Assembly: GCA_963706325.1 (NCBI GenBank)
Contig: CAVPLT010000005.1
Span: 256,001-320,000 of the forward strand
Length of the DNA stretch: 64,000 nucleotides
DNA from: an uncultured Nitrospiraceae bacterium
GTDB lineage: Bacteria; Nitrospirota; Nitrospiria; Nitrospirales; Nitrospiraceae
Direction: 5' to 3'
The notes below the pieces were generated by a model that saw only the letters and a list, made by a program, of their open reading frames with translations, made no database searches and was not told where the DNA came from. Of the stretch, positions 59,507 to 64,000 are shown piece after piece (the first letter of the stretch is position 1; every line of letters begins with the position of its first letter). The position numbers were made by a program, and so were the translations under genes.

Positions 59507-61771
59507 ATGTACGATGGCACCGAGCAAGACCTGCTTCGCCTCCTCGCCTCGCGAGCCGGAATTTCCCCTGACTTTCACGACATCGCGGGCATCCTTCACG
59601 TGACCAGCGACGAAACCACCCGCGCCATTTTGTCGGCAATGGGGTTTCGTGTGGACTCCCGCGATGCGTTGGCGCACGAACTCACCACCTGGGACGAGGC
59701 GGTTTGGCGGCAGCCCTGTGACCCCATTCTCATCCTCCAGCAGGGGTACGACGATGTTCGGTGGGCACTGCGGCTTTTGTTGGAACCGGGAGACGAGCAT
59801 CGGCTGGTGGTGTCGTGGCAACTGACAGATGAAAAAGGTACGATCATTCACCGGGCGGAAGCCGGTCCACCCTTGGTCCCGCAAGCGGAACAGGTTGTAG
59901 CGGGCAGCCGTGCTGCGTGTTTTCAATTGCCGCTGTGTCCCGATTTGTCGCTCGGCTATTACGACCTATCCGTGGTGGCTCGAGGCGGGAAAAGTGTCAT
60001 CAAGGGAGCGCTGCGCGTCGTGGTCGCGCCGTCGCACTGTTATGTGCCGGAGGGTATGGCTCAAGGCGGGCGAGTATGGGGTCTCGCAGTGCAACTGTAC
60101 TCGCTACGATCTCAGGCCAATTGGGGTGTTGGCGACTTTTCAGATTTGTCTCGGCTGGTTGAATGGGCGGGTAAGGATTTGGGAGCCGGCATCATTGGAT
60201 TGAATCCGCTACATGCGCTGAAAAACTCACGGCCACACCATCTGAGCCCCTATTCACCGACGAGCCGACTCTTCTTGAATGAACTCTATATCGATCTCGA
60301 ATGTTTGCCTGAATACCATAGTTCGCCGGATGCGCAGCGTCTACGAAGTAGTCCGGAGTTTCAAAAGGAACTGGAGCGGGTTCGCGAAGCCAATGGCGTG
60401 GATTCTGAGGCGGTCGTGAAAACGAAACGCACGATGCTGGATTTTGCCTACCGGCAGTTTCTCACAGACAACTACACCGGCACTGAGCCTTCGTTGCAGG
60501 CGACCAGCGCACGCGGGTGGTTGTTGGAACGATTCATTCGAGAGGAAGGTGATTCGCTGGAGCTGTTTGCAGTGTTTCAGGCGCTGGAGGAAGAGCGGCG
60601 CTTGATCGAATTGGCTCCGAAACTTTGGCCCGAGTGGCCCGAACAATATCGGTCTCCTGGTTCACCGGCCCTAAGAGAATTCGTGAAACGCCATCGCAAG
60701 CGGGTCCGATTCTTTCAATATATGCAGTGGGTGGCGAGCGATCAACTCAATGGGGCCAAACTGCGCGCAGCCCAGGTCAATATGACCCTCGGTCTGTATC
60801 CTGATTTGGCGCTCGGCAGCGATCGCAATGGCGGCGAAGCGTGGATGCTGCAAGATGTTCTGGCGTTGGGTGCGGACTGCGGTGCGCCTCCGGACGCCTT
60901 CGCTCCGCAAGGTCAGAATTGGGGTTTCGCGCCGTTTCACCCGCTCCGGCTCAAGGCTACGGGCTATCGCTCTTTCGTAGAACTGCTCCGAAAAACGCTC
61001 CGTCAAGGCGGAGCGGTTCGTATCGACCATGTCATGATGCTGTTTCGATTGTTTTGGGTGCCCCGCGGGTTAGGCGCCTCTGCGGGAGCCTATGTGCAAT
61101 ACCCAGCAGAAGACTTGTTGCGTCTACTTGCGCTGGAAAGTATGCGGGCTCAGACCCTGATCATCGGAGAGGATTTGGGTACAGTGCCGGATTACGTGCG
61201 GGAGCAGCTCGCGCGCTATAAGATTTTGTCTTACCGCGTGTTCTACTTTGAGCGGAACTGGAATGAGGGGTCCTTCAATCCTCCATCAGCCTACCCGGAG
61301 CAATCTTTAGCGGTCGTCACCACGCACGACCTTCCCACGCTGTCCGGCTATTGGGTGGGGGAGGACATCCGATTACGCGCGAGTCTCGGCATGTATCTGA
61401 GTGAAGAGACTCGGCAGCAGGCAGAGGAGGAGCGGAGACGGGATAAGGGACATATGCTCGCGGCTTTGCAGCGGGCAGGTCTGCTGCCGGCGGCAGTGAC
61501 CGACCAGCTGGAGCAGGTGCCCGTGATGACGCCGGAGCTCTGCCGGGCGATCCACATGTATCTGGCGACCTCCCGAGCCTGGATCGTCATGGCGAACCTT
61601 GATGATGTAATCGGCGAAGTGACACAAATGAACCTGCCCGGCACTCTCGATGCGTATCCGAATTGGTCTCGAAAGCTATCGCTGTCGCTGGAGGAGCTTC
61701 AACAGGATGCACGTGTGCAAATGCTCGCCGCGGCCGTGCGTGCTCTCCGTTCCCCTGCTGCCACCTCATAG
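59507..61771 (+). CDS. malQ: 4-alpha-glucanotransferase (amylomaltase, GH77)
   Basis: QLYSLRS..NWGVGDF, SPYSP, GAPPD.F...GQNWG, RIDH, GEDLG, THDLPT, NLPGT. Confidence 0.96.
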   Translation: MYDGTEQDLLRLLASRAGISPDFHDIAGILHVTSDETTRAILSAMGFRVDSRDALAHELTTWDEAVWRQPCDPILILQQGYDDVRWALRLLLEPGDEHRLVVSWQLTDEKGTIIHRAEAGPPLVPQAEQVVAGSRAACFQLPLCPDLSLGYYDLSVVARGGKSVIKGALRVVVAPSHCYVPEGMAQGGRVWGLAVQLYSLRSQANWGVGDFSDLSRLVEWAGKDLGAGIIGLNPLHALKNSRPHHLSPYSPTSRLFLNELYIDLECLPEYHSSPDAQRLRSSPEFQKELERVREANGVDSEAVVKTKRTMLDFAYRQFLTDNYTGTEPSLQATSARGWLLERFIREEGDSLELFAVFQALEEERRLIELAPKLWPEWPEQYRSPGSPALREFVKRHRKRVRFFQYMQWVASDQLNGAKLRAAQVNMTLGLYPDLALGSDRNGGEAWMLQDVLALGADCGAPPDAFAPQGQNWGFAPFHPLRLKATGYRSFVELLRKTLRQGGAVRIDHVMMLFRLFWVPRGLGASAGAYVQYPAEDLLRLLALESMRAQTLIIGEDLGTVPDYVREQLARYKILSYRVFYFERNWNEGSFNPPSAYPEQSLAVVTTHDLPTLSGYWVGEDIRLRASLGMYLSEETRQQAEEERRRDKGHMLAALQRAGLLPAAVTDQLEQVPVMTPELCRAIHMYLATSRAWIVMANLDDVIGEVTQMNLPGTLDAYPNWSRKLSLSLEELQQDARVQMLAAAVRALRSPAATS

Positions 61772-61774
61772 GCC

Positions 61775-62953
61775 GTGGATTCTGCGCGGTCCGGAATCTC
61801 GATGAAGAGCCGGGAACAAGTCGTCCTCGCCATCGCCGCGTTCTTATTCCTCCTCATCGTCTTGATGGAATGGATGTTCCCTCTCAACGTGGTGGGGGCA
61901 TTCGGATTCGTGCTGCCCATTCTGCTGGTGGCGACCATTCGCAGTCGCCGCCTCATGATCATTACGCTGGGGTTGTGCGTGTTGGTCACGTTTATTGGGC
62001 TTCTCCAACCGGGGAAAAAACGTGAGCGATTCACCGCCGTGGTGTTCAACCGCACCATGGTGGTGTGTGTCCTGGTGGGGGTGGCCTATATCGGAGTTAC
62101 GTGGGAGGAACGCAAAGCTCGGGAAGAGGCCGCTCGCGCCGCTCTGGCGACGCAAACAGAACATTTGCTGCGTGCCAATACGCAGCTGGTCGAGATCAAA
62201 GATACTCTCGCGCGGTCGGAACGGTTGGCGGCGCTGGGGCAACTGGTGGCTTCGGTGGCGCATGAGGTAGGCACGCCGTTACATTCGATCGCGTGGCACG
62301 TGGAAGCGTTGGCGGAAGAGCCTGGAGTGACCGCCGAGATGCAGAAACGAATCGGCATCATTGATGAACAGTTGAATCGCGTCGTACACATCATTCAAGA
62401 TCTTTTGACGTCGACCAGGCAACGCAAGCCCGAGCCGACGTGGTATCCCGCTGAGCGATTGATTGAGCCGGTTGTAGCATTGATCGAACCGGCCTATCAT
62501 GCCAAAGGAGTCACGCTGCAGGCCTCAGAGGCACCTCCTGTGCTGGTATGGGCGGATGCCGAAAAGATCCATCAAGTGTTGGTCAATCTATTGACCAACG
62601 CCCTGGCTGCCACCACGGTGGGAGGGCATGTGACGGTGACTGTCGCGACTCGCCCGGCCTCGACAGGGGAGAGAGAGCGTGCGTCTGGTATAGGCCAGTT
62701 TGATCTCGACACCATGGTTACCCTGGCGGTGTGCGATTCCGGTTGTGGCATGCCGCAGGAGGATATGGCGCGAGCATTTCAGCCGTTCTTTACGACCAAG
62801 GCACTCGGAAAAGGAACCGGCTTGGGGTTGTTCCTGAGTCGAGAAGCGGTCGTCGCCCATGGGGGACAGCTGCTCCTGGAAAGCGAAGTGGGAGTGGGGA
62901 CGACGGTGACCGTGGTGTTACCTGGCCTGCGTTCAGACACCGCCTCGGTCTAG
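61775..62953 (+). CDS. Membrane sensor histidine kinase
   Basis: TM N-terminus, AHEVGTPL, NLLTNA, PFFTTK..GKGTGLGL. Confidence 0.92.
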   Translation: MDSARSGISMKSREQVVLAIAAFLFLLIVLMEWMFPLNVVGAFGFVLPILLVATIRSRRLMIITLGLCVLVTFIGLLQPGKKRERFTAVVFNRTMVVCVLVGVAYIGVTWEERKAREEAARAALATQTEHLLRANTQLVEIKDTLARSERLAALGQLVASVAHEVGTPLHSIAWHVEALAEEPGVTAEMQKRIGIIDEQLNRVVHIIQDLLTSTRQRKPEPTWYPAERLIEPVVALIEPAYHAKGVTLQASEAPPVLVWADAEKIHQVLVNLLTNALAATTVGGHVTVTVATRPASTGERERASGIGQFDLDTMVTLAVCDSGCGMPQEDMARAFQPFFTTKALGKGTGLGLFLSREAVVAHGGQLLLESEVGVGTTVTVVLPGLRSDTASV

Positions 62954-63153
62954 CACGCTGCCTTAAACATCTGCGCGCCGCTCTCAAGGCCTGCTGCGGC
63001 TCCAGTAGGACAAGACAGCATCTCTGTCCGACCGCGGCATGTGTAAATGGTTTACAGAACGGCCTGCGGATATGCTGAAATCGTCCGGGAATCCTGTGGC
63101 TTGGATTTAAGATCAAAAAATGTTTTTCAAAATTTGCGAGGAGATACCTACCG

Positions 63154-64000
63154 ATGAGCCACGCGAAACTCTTCGTGGTCGATGACGACGATGCCGCGCG
63201 CACATTATTGGCCGAGGCCTTGCTGAAGGAAGGGTACGAGGTGGAGGCATTTTCCAGCGGCCAGGCCGCCGTGGAACGGGGCAAGCAATCTTGCGTGGAC
63301 GTGGTTCTAACAGACATTCGCATGGAGCAAGGTGACGGCTTCCTGGTGCTGAAGGAGTTCAAACGGTTCAGCCCGGATACGTCGATCGTATTGCTGACGG
63401 CTTTCGGGTCCTTGGAGGGTGCAATAGAAGCGATCAAGCAAGGGGCTTACGACTACCTCGCCAAGCCATTCAAGAAGGAAGACATCCGCTTGGTGGTGCA
63501 ACGCAGCTTGGAACATTGTCGCCTCGTTCGAGAAAATGCCCGATTCCGCGACGACGCGCGCTCGCGCGAACCCTGGTCGCAGTTGGTGGGGAGCAGCCCG
63601 GCCATGTTGGAGGTCTACAAGCTGGTGGCCCGCGTTTCCGAGGGGCGAAGTACGGTGCTCCTTGAAGGCGAAAGCGGAACGGGGAAGGAGTTGATTGCCC
63701 GAGCCGTGCATTTGAACAGCCTCCGTCGAGATAAACCGTTTATTCCCGTCAACTGCGGAGCGTTGCCTGATCATCTGCTGGAATCGGAAATGTTTGGGTA
63801 TGAAAAAGGCGCGTTTACGGGAGCCGTAGGCGCCAAGGCCGGTCTCTTCGAAGCGGCTCACGGCGGAACGCTGTTTCTCGATGAGATCGGCGATCTTGGC
63901 CAGGCGCTTCAGGTGAAATTGTTGCGGGTCATGCAAGAACAGGAAGTGCGTCGTGTCGGAAGCACCTCGTCGGTCAAGGTTGATGCGCGAATTATTGCCG
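63154..64000 (+). CDS. Sigma-54-dependent response regulator (NtrC family), truncated by the window end
   Basis: Manual translation from ATG 63154 (GAGGAG RBS): [31 protein letters not shown]. Confidence 0.93.
   Translation, partial: MSHAKLFVVDDDDAARTLLAEALLKEGYEVEAFSSGQAAVERGKQSCVDVVLTDIRMEQGDGFLVLKEFKRFSPDTSIVLLTAFGSLEGAIEAIKQGAYDYLAKPFKKEDIRLVVQRSLEHCRLVRENARFRDDARSREPWSQLVGSSPAMLEVYKLVARVSEGRSTVLLEGESGTGKELIARAVHLNSLRRDKPFIPVNCGALPDHLLESEMFGYEKGAFTGAVGAKAGLFEAAHGGTLFLDEIGDLGQALQVKLLRVMQEQEVRRVGSTSSVKVDARIIA

Overview
A bacterial chromosomal segment of about 60 genes, mostly housekeeping. I infer a Nitrospira-like organism from gene content and the style of its intergenic repeats; this was not checked by any search. 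Core genes include thiD, tenA, sthA, a two-subunit biotin-dependent carboxylase, hemE-hemH-hemY, mazG, ntrYX, purMN, htpX, ald, a sigma-70 factor, apt, dksA, queC and malQ, plus tRNA-Ala(CGC) and tRNA-Pro(CGG). Accessory or unusual parts: (1) a sigma-54-promoted, Pro-linker repeat protein running off the left edge, missing from the ORF track; (2) a translationally coupled trio (HNH-like Zn protein, membrane HEAT-repeat protein, 4-TM protein) next to a 240-bp fold-back element between thiD and tenA; (3) a decayed island at tRNA-Ala, with a dead serine recombinase, an intact GH15 gene, a tyrosine-integrase scrap and an SGNH hydrolase relic; (4) a phosphorelay operon whose diguanylate cyclase is broken by several frameshifts; (5) MITE-like elements; (6) a squalene/phytoene synthase whose conserved N-terminus has no canonical start codon. 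No CRISPR array or rRNA was seen. Nothing here is a demonstrated novel system; the best candidates are flagged as hypotheses.
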